A stretch of 54,408 nt of DNA from Bugula neritina (Eukaryota; Animalia; Bryozoa), in NCBI GenBank assembly GCA_964035545.1, contig CAXIUT010000057.1, positions 1 to 54,408 of the forward strand. The letters run 5' to 3'. The notes beneath the pieces are model-generated. The model ran no database searches. It worked only from the letters and a program-made list of their open reading frames with translations, and had not been told where the DNA came from. This document shows positions 25,531-39,660 of this stretch, piece by piece. Position numbers and translations under genes: made by a program. Each line of letters begins with the position of its first letter. Position 1 is the first letter of the stretch.

Positions 25531-28359
25531 ATGATTTTTATCTTCATATTGGCTTTAAGATTAAAATGGTATCCTTATTATATTTACATGATGGGAAACG
25601 ACTAAGCTTCTTAAGTAGCATCTGGAGGACCTGGAGGAGTAGGAATAAGAAAAAATATCCAAGCTCTAACCAAAGAAGAAAGACTACAATACTTTTGGTG
25701 TCTGAAGATGCTAGGAATCCTTCCAGCTTTCAAAGCAATCAGATCAAGATATTTTTGGACTTTAGGAACAGAAGGACCATAAGGTCGTCCAACACCTCTC
25801 AATCAAGTTGAGCCTCAATGTTTACATGATGAACTCATGTCTAATCATGGAACTTGTTGCTAGCATGGAAGTTTCTTTTTCGCTCACTATCATAGACATC
25901 TAATATTTCATTTAGAAATGAGATTGAACTATGCTGATGAAGTTTTAAGAATGAATCCTTCAAATTTTTAAGAAAAATACCCATCTCTTTATCAATTAGA
26001 TAAATAACTCTGGAACAATATCTTAAAAGAATATCAAGAACTGTTTCCAGATAAAAAGAAAGTTATGGCTCATTATTGGAATCCTACTAACTACAACAAT
26101 AGTGGAGATCTTGTTATTCCAATAGAACTATCAGATCCAGCCTTATTTCCTCATGATTTAGACCACATTGATAAGATATATAATTTAGCAAGAGGATCTT
26201 ATCCTTTTGAAATAAATACTAAGACAAGATGGTATCAAAACCCTTCTGATTTTGATTCAGAACGTAAAAACTTGTAACAAAAGTTAAAATGGTATGGGTA
26301 TCTTAATGATCCAGTTGATTACAATTAAAAATAGGCCTAAATGGTAAAAGGAAAATACAATGCTAGGTAAAACGATGACTTTTAGAAGTTTTATCAGACA
26401 TACAGAGGTTTTTCTGCATTTTCTGGTTATGATACTCCTAAGAGCATGTTAAAAACAGCTAGTAGAAATAGCAATAAGTTTTAATAAACAAAAGATAGGT
26501 TAAACCTTTTATATTAAAATTAAGGGTAAATATTACTAAACTATGGTGGTAGATTTGATGCCAACCAAAAAGAATATAACATGCAGTATTTTAAATCATA
26601 GTAACTCACAGGAAATAAATTCTAAGATGCTGATAAATCAAGTTACAACAGAATGTTGCCCCACTATCAACTAGGATATGCTCTTTATAATAAAGACTTT
26701 GACTCTTTTATCAACTATATTGACCCTCACTACAGAGGAATTTAAGTTTCACACAATACAATGCACAATAACATGCATTTTGCAATGATAGATGGCAATT
26801 TTTCTTTGGCGAATCTCATGTTTTTCCCTTATCACTCATGGATTGATGCCCAACTTTAGATGAAGATCAGAATGTGTCATAATAGTGAATAAGGCTACAA
26901 AACATTTAAGAAGTTAACAACCAAGAAGAGAAGAAGACAATACTTTGACCCTATTCTTAATCCGAAACAATAATAAAAAAGTTTTGGATAATATCCTATA
27001 ATATAGTGGAGTGATCCTAAATTCGTTAACTAAATCGTGAGAAGTGGTAGTTTTTATGACCAAGTTAATCGGTGCAATCAACTAGGAATCAACCAATAGA
27101 GTATTAAATATTATTTTAACGCTCATGATTTCTTTATGAGAAACTCAATGGAACTAAGAACATCTAGGCATCTAAAATAATTCTATGATAAAAGTTACAT
27201 TCCTCAAAATATCCAAAATTATTAATAATTTGAAGGTTTTAAAAATTATAATGCTTCCTACGACTACTAGATGTTTTAAACAACTTATGACTAGACTACT
27301 AAAACATTAAAAAACATCATAAAACCTCTTGGTGATTTTCCTAACCCCAACATACCACAATATCTTCAATAAATGAAAAATCAAGTTAATGGATATGGTG
27401 GACGTCTCAGATCAGGTATTTAAAAAGCTAAACAAAAAATACATCATCCTATGTCCGATAAATTCTATAATAAATTAGTTGATAAAGGATTACTACTACT
27501 CCTCAAATACAAATCATCAATACCTAATGGAACCTATGTCTTTACAGCCAATCTAGAACTACTAGCCAAAGCTATGATCGATAGAAAGTATCCTTTGACT
27601 CCTACATAAGAAAAGTTTATGAAAGGAAATCTCACTGTACTTGTTCTACCTGTCTTTGCTAAAGCTGGAACTGCCAAGCAATGTCCAAATTGCGATGATT
27701 TTAAATTTAAAGTTATCAATATGAATGAATAACTGGAATAAAGATATCATCGGCTATGGGTTATGATCAATAGCTTGATTCTTTAGTATGTTGTTTATGA
27801 TAGTGATAAACCTAATCAGAAATAGCATGAATAATCTATTGATGTTAGTAAATTTATCAATATTACCAGTGCAAAAGATTCTTTTGAGCTCAACTATATC
27901 TAGGGAGCTGAACAGGTTCTAATTGATGTCATGTATGAAGGATAAAATCCTCAATAATAAAAGTTTAACCTTTAAATCTCACTAGATGCAGTTAGAGTCC
28001 AAGATGCCACCAATATAAGCACTCTCTTCAGAGATATTTCTGCTGATGACTTGACATACCACATGGACGCTATGCATACTGAGAAATCAGTCTACAGCTA
28101 CAAATTTGACTTCTACAACATGGTTGATAATCGAAGTGCCCTCAAAAGAGAAGAACTTGACGGGATGGTTTATGGTCGAGTGAATGTTAATGTGTATGCA
28201 GGAGGGCTTTCTCATAGTTTTAGTTTCAAGATCAAACACTACCATGAGACTATCAGATACAAGATGGTGATTTAGAAGGAAAAAGATAAGGTTAAGGTTA
28301 AAGTTTTGGATGCAGACTATAAAATGAAGAAATAGCTGTTCAAAGTTGAAGATTCTTGA
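25531..28359 (+). CDS. Tyrosinase-family type-3 dicopper protein, copy 1, about 940 aa, intronless (start could be a slightly downstream ATG)
   Basis: RKNIQALTKEER; CuA NHGTCCEHGSFFFAHYHR...LE; HYWN; CuB IEVSHNTMH...FFPYHSWID; YDY motif; C-terminal VF...CPNC; ends TGA TGA. Confidence 0.88.
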
Positions 28360-29024
28360 TGAAAACCAGCCAAATATTCCTTTTAATATCTATTTAGCAA
28401 AGATTGATTAAAAATATATCTTCTAAAATGATATTTTCTTTGAAACATTTAATTTTATTCTTCTTATTTTTATCAGTTTGTTCAAAACATATAAAATGAA
28501 AATCATCTAATTCAAATATATTTGATAAATCTTAACTATTTTGAACATTTATGTTGATCTTATTTTTTTAGTTGTGATTCTAAGATTTATCATTCGTAGC
28601 AACTTCTTGAGATAAAGAATAAATTATAGAATATTTTTAGACAAATATATAATACTTTTTGATTAATCTCTATGATCTGTATATCTTTTCTTTTGAACTT
28701 TTCCTATTTTCTTAATGATTTATCATATACGACATCATGTTAATAATAAATCAAAAATAAAACCTCAAACTTAATTTTTTGATAAGATCTCTTGATAAAA
28801 CATTGTTTCAAAGGCAGATTGTTTCTATTTTTGAAAAATTTGAAAACAGGTCATCTTTGAGAGAAACGATTCGAGTGAGATGAGAATTTCTGAAACTCTT
28901 AGATAGGTCAATTCTATATTTATGTAAAGTTTTGGGAAGAATTGGGAATACTTTATTTTTGAAAGGCTTTTTATGAATATATATAATCGGATACTTTGGC
29001 TTTAGTTATAAAGATATAGTTTTG

Positions 29025-31817
29025 ATGGAATCAATTGGTGTGAGAAGAAACATTCAATCCCTATAAAAAAATGAAAGGAGACAGTTCTTCTGGTGTCTTA
29101 AGATGCTCGGCATTCTCCCTCCTTTCTAGGGGTTAAAACAAAGAAAATTTATTACTCTGGGAACTAGAACCTTTCCATAAAGTCAATGGACTTAAAATAT
29201 GATATCTCCCAAATGCCTTCACGATGAATTGATTGCAAATCACTCTACTTCTTGTTAACATAACAGTTTGTACTTTGGCTATTATCACCGAAACTTAATG
29301 GTCCATCTTGAAATGAGATTAAACTTTGCTGATGAAGTGTTGAGGCTTAGTCCCTAGAATTTTAAAAAGAAAAGTAAAGAATATGAAGAATTATATAATC
29401 AGGCATAATCACTCTGGAACAATATCTTAAAAGAATATCAAGGACTATTTCCAAATAAAAAGAAAGTTATGGCTCATTATTGGAATCCTACCAACTACAA
29501 TAATAGTGGAGATCTTGTTATTCCAATAGAACTATCAGATCCAGCAATATTTCCTCATGATTTAGATATTATGGATGAACTTTATAATAAAATTAGAGGA
29601 TCTTTTCCTTTTGAAATAAATGCTAGAACTAGATGGTTTAAGAACTAGTAAATATTTGATGCCAACCGCGATAATTTCATAAAGAAATCTGGTATAATAG
29701 GAAAATATGACGGTGTTAGGTATACACCATTACAACGTTAAAACTAAAAACTGAAAAGAGATATTGTAATACCAACAAAATATGAAACAGGTCAAGAAAA
29801 CATTATAAAGGGAACTTCAAATCCAAGAAATACTTCTAATCTCAGATAATTCAATGACGTTTATAGCAAATATCTTGCTAAAGCAAGTCAACAAGTGAAT
29901 AATAGAAATCATGACAAATTTCATAATGAGAAAACATTAAACAAAATAAATTTGAATTACCTTAATTAAGGTGAAATATTGACAAGCTATTGTGGAAGAT
30001 TCAATTCTAAAAATTAATAAATAAAGTTAAATTGTTTCAATGTCAATGAAATAACTGGAAACCCTTCATAAAGATCAGAACAAAGATTATATAATTCATT
30101 CACTCCTCACTATCTCCTCGCAGACGCTCTTCTTTCTGATTCTAATAAATAAGATTAAGGTAAGAAACTATTAGGATATCTTCAATATGCTATCGAAAGG
30201 TCTCATAACACTATGCACAACAATATGTTCTTTTCTATGAACGATTCTAGATTCTCACTAACTAATCTTATGTTCTTCCCCTATCATTCTTGGATAGATA
30301 TACAACTTTAAATGAAAATTCGGTTATGCAATACACCTCAAGAAGCATATCAAGTTAATTACCAATTGACTAACTATTCAATGAGAAGACAATCCTTTGC
30401 TCCGATTATTTTTAATGACAGTGGAGCTAATACAGCTCTTGGATAGTATCCTATTATCGAATGGAGTGATCCTAGAATTTTTTGGAGAGTTTAACCCATA
30501 GATAGCTTTGGTATAGATAGTATTAAATTTTACTTGAAAGGAAAAGATATCATGCTAAGAAATGATGGTAGAGAATTAAGAACTTCTATGTACCTAAAAT
30601 AAATTTACGATTAAAAGTTTATTAATAATGAATAAAATAAAGAGAATTATAAAATATATGATGGATTTAAATCTTTTAATGCAAGCTATGATTACGAAGT
30701 CATGGAAACAACTTACAATAAAGCAACAAAATAGTTTAGAAATGTATAAAGAATGCTCGGAAGTGGACCATAAAATGTTTTTGTTCCATATTACCTAAAA
30801 TAGATAATGGGTCAAGTTACTAGAGTAGAAAGAATTATGCAAACTGCTGTTATCTAAACAATTAAAGCTACTCCTCATGCTAAAAGCTAAAAATATTATA
30901 GAAAAATAATTGATAAAAGTATTCTATTATTAGTTAAATATCGTTCAGATATTCCAAATGGGCGCTATGAATTCAAAGCAAATCTATAAAAACTAGGTCA
31001 AATTCTATAAAAAAGATAATATCATCTAACTGAAGATTAAAAGAAGTTTTTCCAAGGAAAAATAACTCTCTTCATCTTAGATATATTCGCTAGAGCAGAA
31101 TCTGCTAAAGAATGCATTAATTGTAGAGAATTTAAATACACTCTTATTAATGTGAACTAAGAACTCGTCAAAAGATATTATCGACTTTGGCTTCTTATCA
31201 ATGATATTTTGCTTGACAAAGTCATCTACGATAGTCGTGAATACAGTGGACACTTCAAAGCTATCCAAGAAGATGTAGATGTTAATAAATTTATTGATGT
31301 CTCTGATCAATAAACCTAAATAGATCTTATCTATGTGGAAGGAGCAGAATAAGTTGCCATTGATCTCTTCTACTCAAGCGAAAATCCAGTAACAGAAAAA
31401 TTTAAACTTTAGATCTCTCTGGATGCTAAAAATATCCAAAAAAGATAAGTAATTACCACTAGCTCCAAGAAGATTACAGCTGATGATCTTGGTTAACCAC
31501 AAGAATCTTCTTCTCATAAAGATATCTACAGATACAAATTTGACTTTTATAACATGGAACTAAGTCAGAACCAACTTCACAGATAAGACCTTGATGGAGT
31601 AGTCTACAACAAAGTTAAAGGAAGACTATCAATTGCTGGCCATAATCATAACTTTGAGTTCAAAATTAAGAAATACCATGAAGTTATGAGATATAGAATG
31701 ACAGTTTAAAGAGAATAAAACTAAATCTTTGTTTATATCGTTGATGCTGACTTCAAAGCGAAATAAACATTATTCAAAATGAAGCTTTAACAGTTCCTTC
31801 AACCTTAGGATCTATGA
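29025..31817 (+). CDS. Tyrosinase-family type-3 dicopper protein, copy 2, about 930 aa, intronless
   Basis: RRNIQSL; CuA NHSTSCEHNSLYFGYYHR; CuB IERSHNTMH...FFPYHSWID; C-terminal IF...CINC; colinear with copy 1. Confidence 0.88.
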
Positions 31818-31958
31818 TCTATCCCTCAATTATCATCTTAGCTATCAATTGTATCATTTTATTAATACTGTTATTCTTTTTTATGATAAATTATGATAAA
31901 AAACTATTCTTTTTTATTCAAAAACACTTTATGAAGATAATTGATTAAAAATCATTGT

Positions 31959-32272
31959 TCAATAGACAAAAGTGTCAGCAGGTGCAATAAATCCTGGAGG
32001 AGGCAGTCCAGTTTGAGGGTCAGTGCCTTTAGGTCTTCTGAAAAGAAGAATATGAGGTTCAGGTCGATGCAATTAGTAGTGAACCCAGCCTCTTGATTGT
32101 TGAACTCCAATTCCTCTCCATTACTAAATGATATTGGAAATACATTTTCACTAAGAATGCGGTTTCTGGCAAGTTTTTTGTAGATATCTCTTGGCAAGAT
32201 GACATGACGGTACTAGTAGTGGTCGTCAGTGTATTTGTCTGAGTACTCAATCTAATCTGGATAGTGAGGCAT
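31959..32272 (-). CDS. CKS1: Cyclin-dependent kinase regulatory subunit Cks1/Suc1; 20-nt intron at 32124-32143
   Basis: IEYSDKYTDDHYEYRHVILP...ILSEN|[31 protein letters not shown]. Confidence 0.97.
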
Positions 32273-32325
32273 ATGAATTAACGAATGTATTATAATAGCA
32301 ATCCCTTGATTTTCTATTAATAGCA

Positions 32326-32394
32326 GGGGTTGGGGTTGGGGTTGGGGTTGGGGTTGGGGTTGGGGTTGGGGTTGGGGTTGGGGTTGGGGTTGGG
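32326..32394. repeat. Internal telomere tract (GGGGTT)n in right-end orientation, 69 bp
   Basis: Perfect GGGGTT repeats ending TTGGG, then TCACCC and unique sequence. Confidence 0.98.
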
Positions 32395-32411
32395 TCACCC
32401 ATTATGCTTAT

Positions 32412-33989
<1,578 letters not shown>

Positions 33990-34023
33990 ATATTACTCTT
34001 AACGATTAGATTGAATCATTATA

Positions 34024-36299
34024 ATGCAAGCTTCAGAAATAAATTCACAAGGTAGAATCAATCGCCTAGCCAAAAGTAAATGTATCCTAGGAGAACCCGA
34101 TATCATCTGCATCAAACAAATCAAGTACTCCAGTACTCTTTTCAACAAATAAAAAAAAATATAAGACACTCAATAAAACTATATCAATGGACTCATCTTT
34201 CCCTCTACTGCTCACTTCAGTTCCTTCATTTCTTCAAGATATAAAGTCAAAGATTCAAATAAACATCATATAAAAGCAAAATTGTACATGTTTGACGTAT
34301 ATTTTACCTTTTTTAGGCATATGGCTAAAAAGATGTCCAAATATAAATCAGTATTCCAGGATCAATGTAAGCCAAAGCCTTCAACTTAAAAGGACAACCT
34401 CTAACCTTTAATTCAAAAGATTATTAAAGAGCTTATTATAGTTCTTTTCTACGTTCTATATATCCCATGAACTACCCAGGGATCGTCCTTTATTCTCTCA
34501 TGAACAGGATATAAATTTTAAAACCAGTCGTTAAAAATTTTATTATTTTCAGCTTAAATAAGTAAGTTTTAAGATATAAAGTTAACTAAGAGAAATGGAA
34601 TATTAATTTTAAGTATTCAAAAGAAAGAAATATGACAGAAAATAAGGACTAAACAATCTTTCTCTCTAAATTTTGACTCATTACTGTCTATAAAACAATT
34701 TTAGCAATCTACTCAAAGTATCATTGATATTATCAAGATCATACTTGAATAGTTAAAAAGATAAAAAAATGCTAAATATACTGATATTCTCATAGAACAT
34801 AAACTTAGAGATAGAAAATATGAATAAGTCATCTTTCAAACTGCTTAAAAGCTGTTAATGCATGGCCATGCCAATCCTCTCAAATAATACCAAATTAAAG
34901 CTTTATTCAAACTGAAAAAGTACAGTTAGGTTGCTTTCATGGGTCGATCTCTTATTTAATCAGGCGGAACATCTAACTGGATCCTTAAATTACTTCTTCA
35001 TTCTTTGATAGAACTCCAAGAAGATCAAAGATTCCTCAAAACCTTAAATCTAATCTTTAACTTACCTAATATTGATTAAATAAATTGGAAAGATGTCTCA
35101 CATATTCATTCAAATTAAGCTAATTTAGATATTTAGCACTATGTAGGTAAACTTAAAAATCTCTCAGAATACCCATAACTATGCTTTACGTTTGATAATC
35201 ATTTCTTAAATCGTCTTACATCATATCAATATCAAAGAAATCTTCTTCTCAAAAATAGCAAATAAGGCTTTACCCTCTCTATGCTCGATAAAGTTGAAAC
35301 TAGCCTTAATTCTGTTCCTCTTTTCTACTAAAGTTTGGTTTTATATATCAAACAAAGAGGATGGCATAGTTTAGTTAAGTACAGAGGTGAATGTTTTTGG
35401 TTATAAAGTGATTTCATAGAACAAGAAGAATCTATTAAAGATAAAGGTTTTTAAAATGATGATAAATTTTCATTTTTTTAATAAAAATTTTAAAATAACA
35501 ATACTCAAGAACTATAAGAATAAGAATTTAAACTTCCAGAAGATGAAGCAGAGTAAAAAGATATAGAATATGACCATAATCTATAGAAATAAGAATAAGA
35601 GTAGGATTTTGATGGTAAATTAAGTGAGCATGATTATCCTAAAAATATAAAAGTCCTTCCTAAATGTAGTAATAGAATCAATACAACAAGAAAAGCACAA
35701 AATAATAGTGAAAGAAGTGTAGGTTATAAAGTTCAATGCAATGTAATTTTATAACAAATGTTTTTCACTCTCTTTAATGATCTAAAACTTCAAAACTCTT
35801 TATAAGCTTGGGAATAGAGATTCAATTAAACAGATAGCTCTTCTTTTACTAGATCAAAAAAAGAAATAGCAGCTATGATTCTTCTTAAAAAGGATTTCTC
35901 AACAAGAAACTCCAACAAAATAAAAAATGCGAAGAAGCCTTCCAAAAATCTTGTAAACTATCGTAATCTCTTGGAATAAAACTAGTATCTACCTATCAAT
36001 TAATCTTGCTCTACATAAATAACAAGTATGAATAGTATTATTTAGAAATGTAACAGGAGTTTAATTTTATCTCGTCCAACTCATAAAGCTTCTCAAATCA
36101 ACAGGAATATAGGTCTTTGATATTGTACCTGAATGGGCTAAACCTATTATGCAATTCGTTGTTGATCACTAAGGCCTGGCCATCCTGAAGTATTTAGATA
36201 TTTATTAGAAACCTTTATCTAATTTTCAAACAGGTTTTTTCCCTTTACCTCAGAAGCAATATGACAGAAGAAGAAGTTAACTTCTATCTTAGAAAATGA
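34024..36299 (+). CDS. ChAPs-family (Chs5p-Arf1p-binding; exomer Bch/Bud7-like) protein; 20-nt introns at 34297-34316, 34562-34581, 34718-34737 and 36026-36045, 19-nt intron at 36190-36208; apparent 1-nt frameshift near 35856-35891
   Basis: LGEPDIICIK, FDAYGEKDVQIEISIPG, RGWHSLVKYRGECFWLE and MFFTLFNDL match recalled ChAPs motifs (LGPPDL, D.RV.V.IPG, GWD.LL..RS.VF, LF..LYEDL). Confidence 0.75.
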
Positions 36300-36345
36300 T
36301 TTATTAAATTCTACTGTATTTAAGATAATAGATCAAAATCAAAAC

Positions 36346-37233
36346 TCAACGACTAACTTGTCTTTTTCTCCTGCTCATAAAACTTTTCATATTCTACAAC
36401 TAAGCATCTTTTCCCTTCCATGAAGAATAATTAGTTCTACTAAACCCTTCATGCAACTTATATTCATTTTTATGTGAACAAACTCCTCTAACATGCATTG
36501 TTTCTTCTTAATTCTAACTATTTTTAGATATTCCTCTCAACTTGAGTTTCATCTTATTTCTTTCTATGACAGCCTTTGCTGATAACTCAATAAATTGTTC
36601 TCTTTATGTACCTATCTGAGCCTACTGACAAAGATCGTAATACTATTGTTTTTGACGAGAAACAGCCATAGTATGTTTCTTTCTTATTTTCTATTTTAAC
36701 TTTAACATTCTCTGAAAATTACTATTATACTTATATTCAGGCGTAGAAGTGATAGGTTGCTTATTCTTTTTACTATTCTTATTGCTAAGATAAGAAAACT
36801 GAGGAATTCTTTTCAATTGCTCAGACTGGAACTCTTATATCACCAAACCTTTACTACCAAATTATTCGTCTTACTTTCTCTTGAATCCCATCTGCTTAAA
36901 CTCTTGACCTTTCTCCAGCTAATTCAATTTTTATCGATAAATATCTCTACTATTGATAGTTTTTTGTTCAGGATTGAGATTAATTCCCTCTTTACTATAC
37001 TTCCTATATATTAATTATATTTTTTATTCCATTGATTTTTTTCTCCTTTTATGATTAGTTTCAGCTAATGGTTCACTTTATTTTTGTCTATTTTGAGTTT
37101 TGAAATTTTGATTTTGTTCTTCAGCCCAAGGCTAAATCAAGTTTTAGTGTTCTTGTCTTCTTTTACTCGGTTGAGAAAGTTGAGTCGAGAAGGCTCTTTG
37201 TTCATTCTGTGAAGCTAACTCCTCAAATATCAT
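36346..37233 (-). CDS. Hypothetical hydrophilic protein, 295 aa
   Basis: Uninterrupted ATG-TGA frame of 296 codons. Confidence 0.65.
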
Positions 37234-37278
37234 TGAAGCTTGATAATTATTTTATTGTTATAGTAATTCTGTATATAA

Positions 37279-38392
37279 TCATTCTATTGACCTGAAGCAA
37301 ATCACATCTCTTAAATACCAGGCCTTCAATTGTTCATTATAGTAGCTCAAAACTTCCTTTATCTTCCCTGACTCCTCAACTGATGGCTTGTATTGATTAT
37401 CTTTCATCATTTTGTTAACTGTATTTTCATCAAAAAATTCTTGAAGATCAAGAACGAGTAGTTCTCTTAGTTTCGAAGAGGGATAGTTGAGACATTCTTT
37501 CGCTATTTTTTTTGGAGATCGATTGGCAAGGTTAGTTTAACTTTTAGCACTAGATGGTCTATCTCTTTATCTACTTCTACTGATTTCTAAAATTATTTAT
37601 TTGTTTACTTCTGGCATGAGCATATTTTCTCACAAGATCAAAAAGCTAATCCCACCCTATTCTATCATTCTAGTTAGCAACTAACATCCTAGTGACCAAT
37701 GTTTTGCTCCAATCTGTCAAATAACTAGGGATTTGCAAAGGTTTATTGTAGATATTATAGTATAATTAATGCTAGTTATTGGCAGTCCATGGTAACTTTC
37801 CAACTAACAACTCATAGAAGATCATACCTGCCGACCAGATGTCACATTTAGTAGTATAAGCACTCTTTTTGAGTATCTGAGGTGCCATGTAGAGAGGCGT
37901 CCCTGCTACTGTTTTAAGCAAAGAAGAGTCATATTATTGAACATATCGAGCCAATCCAAAATCTGCAAGTTTGAATTAATTTCTATTATTAACAAGGATA
38001 TTAGCAGGTTTGATATCTCTATGGATAACGCCTTTCCCCACCAAATAACTCAAGCCAGATATCACCTGCTTAATTATCTCTATTGCCCTGTATTAGTCCA
38101 ACTTGTATTTTTTCAGATATTGACTCAAATCCATCTCACAGTACTACATCACCATGAAAAGAGAGTTGTTTTATTCAAGAATATCGTAGAGTTTTACGAT
38201 ATTAGGATGTTATAGCTGTCTCAAGATAGAAGTCTAGTTTTTGATAGAATTCAATGCATGTTGTTGAAAGTTGATAGTCATTTCTTTAATAGCATAAGGA
38301 GGAGAGTAAAACACTTTACCGAATGATCCTTGTCCCAGCACTGATTGAAGAACATACTATTTCTTGCCTGATTTACCTCCAATAGTTCTCAT
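37279..38392 (-). CDS. Ser/Thr protein kinase (ULK-like); probable 22-nt intron at 37587-37608
   Basis: LGQGSFGKV, YAIK, KN[TAG], HPNIVKL, VM[TAG]YC, HRDIKPAN, ADFGLAR, GTPLYMAPQIL, KCDIWS. Confidence 0.93.
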
Positions 38393-38513
38393 TAGCAATA
38401 ATTAATATACTATTGCTAATTTACTTTTTAATATATAGTATAAAGCATGATGAAAAAGAGGATAATATTTTATAAATAAGATGAATAAAAATCATGATGA
38501 TTCTTTTAATTCT

Positions 38514-39424
38514 TCAAAGAAAACTTCCCAAGGAAGTTCTCTTGATTTTTATTTCATATGAGGGATAGATTTAGCATAATATTTTAACAAAATAAACAAA
38601 CTATCTTTTTTTTTAGCTATCAAATAAACCAACAACTTCAATTTTATATTATTACCTTGTTTAAGCAGCATTTTTAAAAAGATAGCATATTGCGATAAAG
38701 GTACAACTATTGAGCCAGCAGATTAGTAGTAATCTGATATAAAATTTTATAGACCTAAATTTTTACTTCTACAAGATTGCACCAAATGATGGTAGTTGAC
38801 TTAATGTTTGATGAGGTTGAGTTATAGATTTTCCAGGAAACGTTTTTTATTTTTAAGTGATTGCTAAAGATCACTAAATAAAAAATAGGTTAGATGCTAT
38901 AATTTAGCATGATAGCCTATCGATGCTAGTGCGATGAATTAATTAAAGGACAGATCTCTACCTAAATTAGTCAATATATTGGCTAATTGGGCATGATACA
39001 GTTCAGGATACCATGCAGGCAAATACCTAAAATATTTTCTATACAATTCAAGTCGAGACCTTTTAGTATACAAAGCGTCAACTCTTTAGTACTAGTTTCT
39101 CATTTATTTTTAGTTTAGACCTTTAAGAAGATGTTTGATGTACTGGCATGGATCTAAATTATGCTAACATCCGCAATAGTCATCACTCGTCAACTGATTT
39201 ATCTTAGTTGTCTACTAGGTATATGATAAAGGCCTTTTTATCACCTACTTAAAGGTCGATGAATAGTACATGTTCTGTTAAAATATTGGCTTTCTTTGAG
39301 ATTGTCGCATCGATTGGCGAAATGATGATTATGATCTCTTAGGAACATTCTTAGATTCGTTCTTAGATAAAACGCTATTAAAACCAAATATCTTAGATGC
39401 TGAAATAGAAGTGTTTCTCTACAT
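38514..39424 (-). CDS. Hypothetical protein, 296 aa (possible degenerate EF-hand region); 20-nt intron at 38636-38655
   Basis: Open frame with one 20-nt GT-AG intron; LSFNEFIAL...LTYFLF weakly resembles an EF-hand pair. Confidence 0.65.
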
Positions 39425-39490
39425 TATTTATAATTTTATATTTATTTTATTTCTATCAATAGTATTAAAACAGTACTAACAGAGTCACTC

Positions 39491-39658
39491 AATCAGTTGT
39501 ATTTAATATAACTCAATCACTATTACATATTAACTAAATCACTATAACATAGTACTAAGACAACCACTATAACATAGTATAACTAAATAACTATAATAAA
39601 GCATTAAATAAATAAGTATAATATAGTATAACTAAATAGCTATAATATAGTACTAGAC
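39491..39658. repeat. Degenerate intergenic minisatellite, about 7 units of 22-25 bp, consensus AATCACTATAAYATAGTATAACTA
   Basis: Units start at 39491, 39515, 39537, 39562, 39586, 39611 and 39635. Confidence 0.75.
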
Positions 39659-39660
39659 AA

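Noticed and set aside
28357-28362. Tandem TGA TGA stops (also APC2 at 47752-47757) as a back-up termination signal
   Set aside because: Only 2 of about 26 genes; too few to distinguish from chance without a genome-wide count
28428-28499. Signal-peptide-like mini-ORF (MIFSLKHLILFFLFLSVCS) upstream of tyrosinase copy 2
   Set aside because: Ends at TGA after 23 codons and cannot be joined to the downstream CDS with introns of the local type
39491-39658. CRISPR-like array
   Set aside because: Contiguous degenerate units without unique spacers, eukaryotic context, no cas genes
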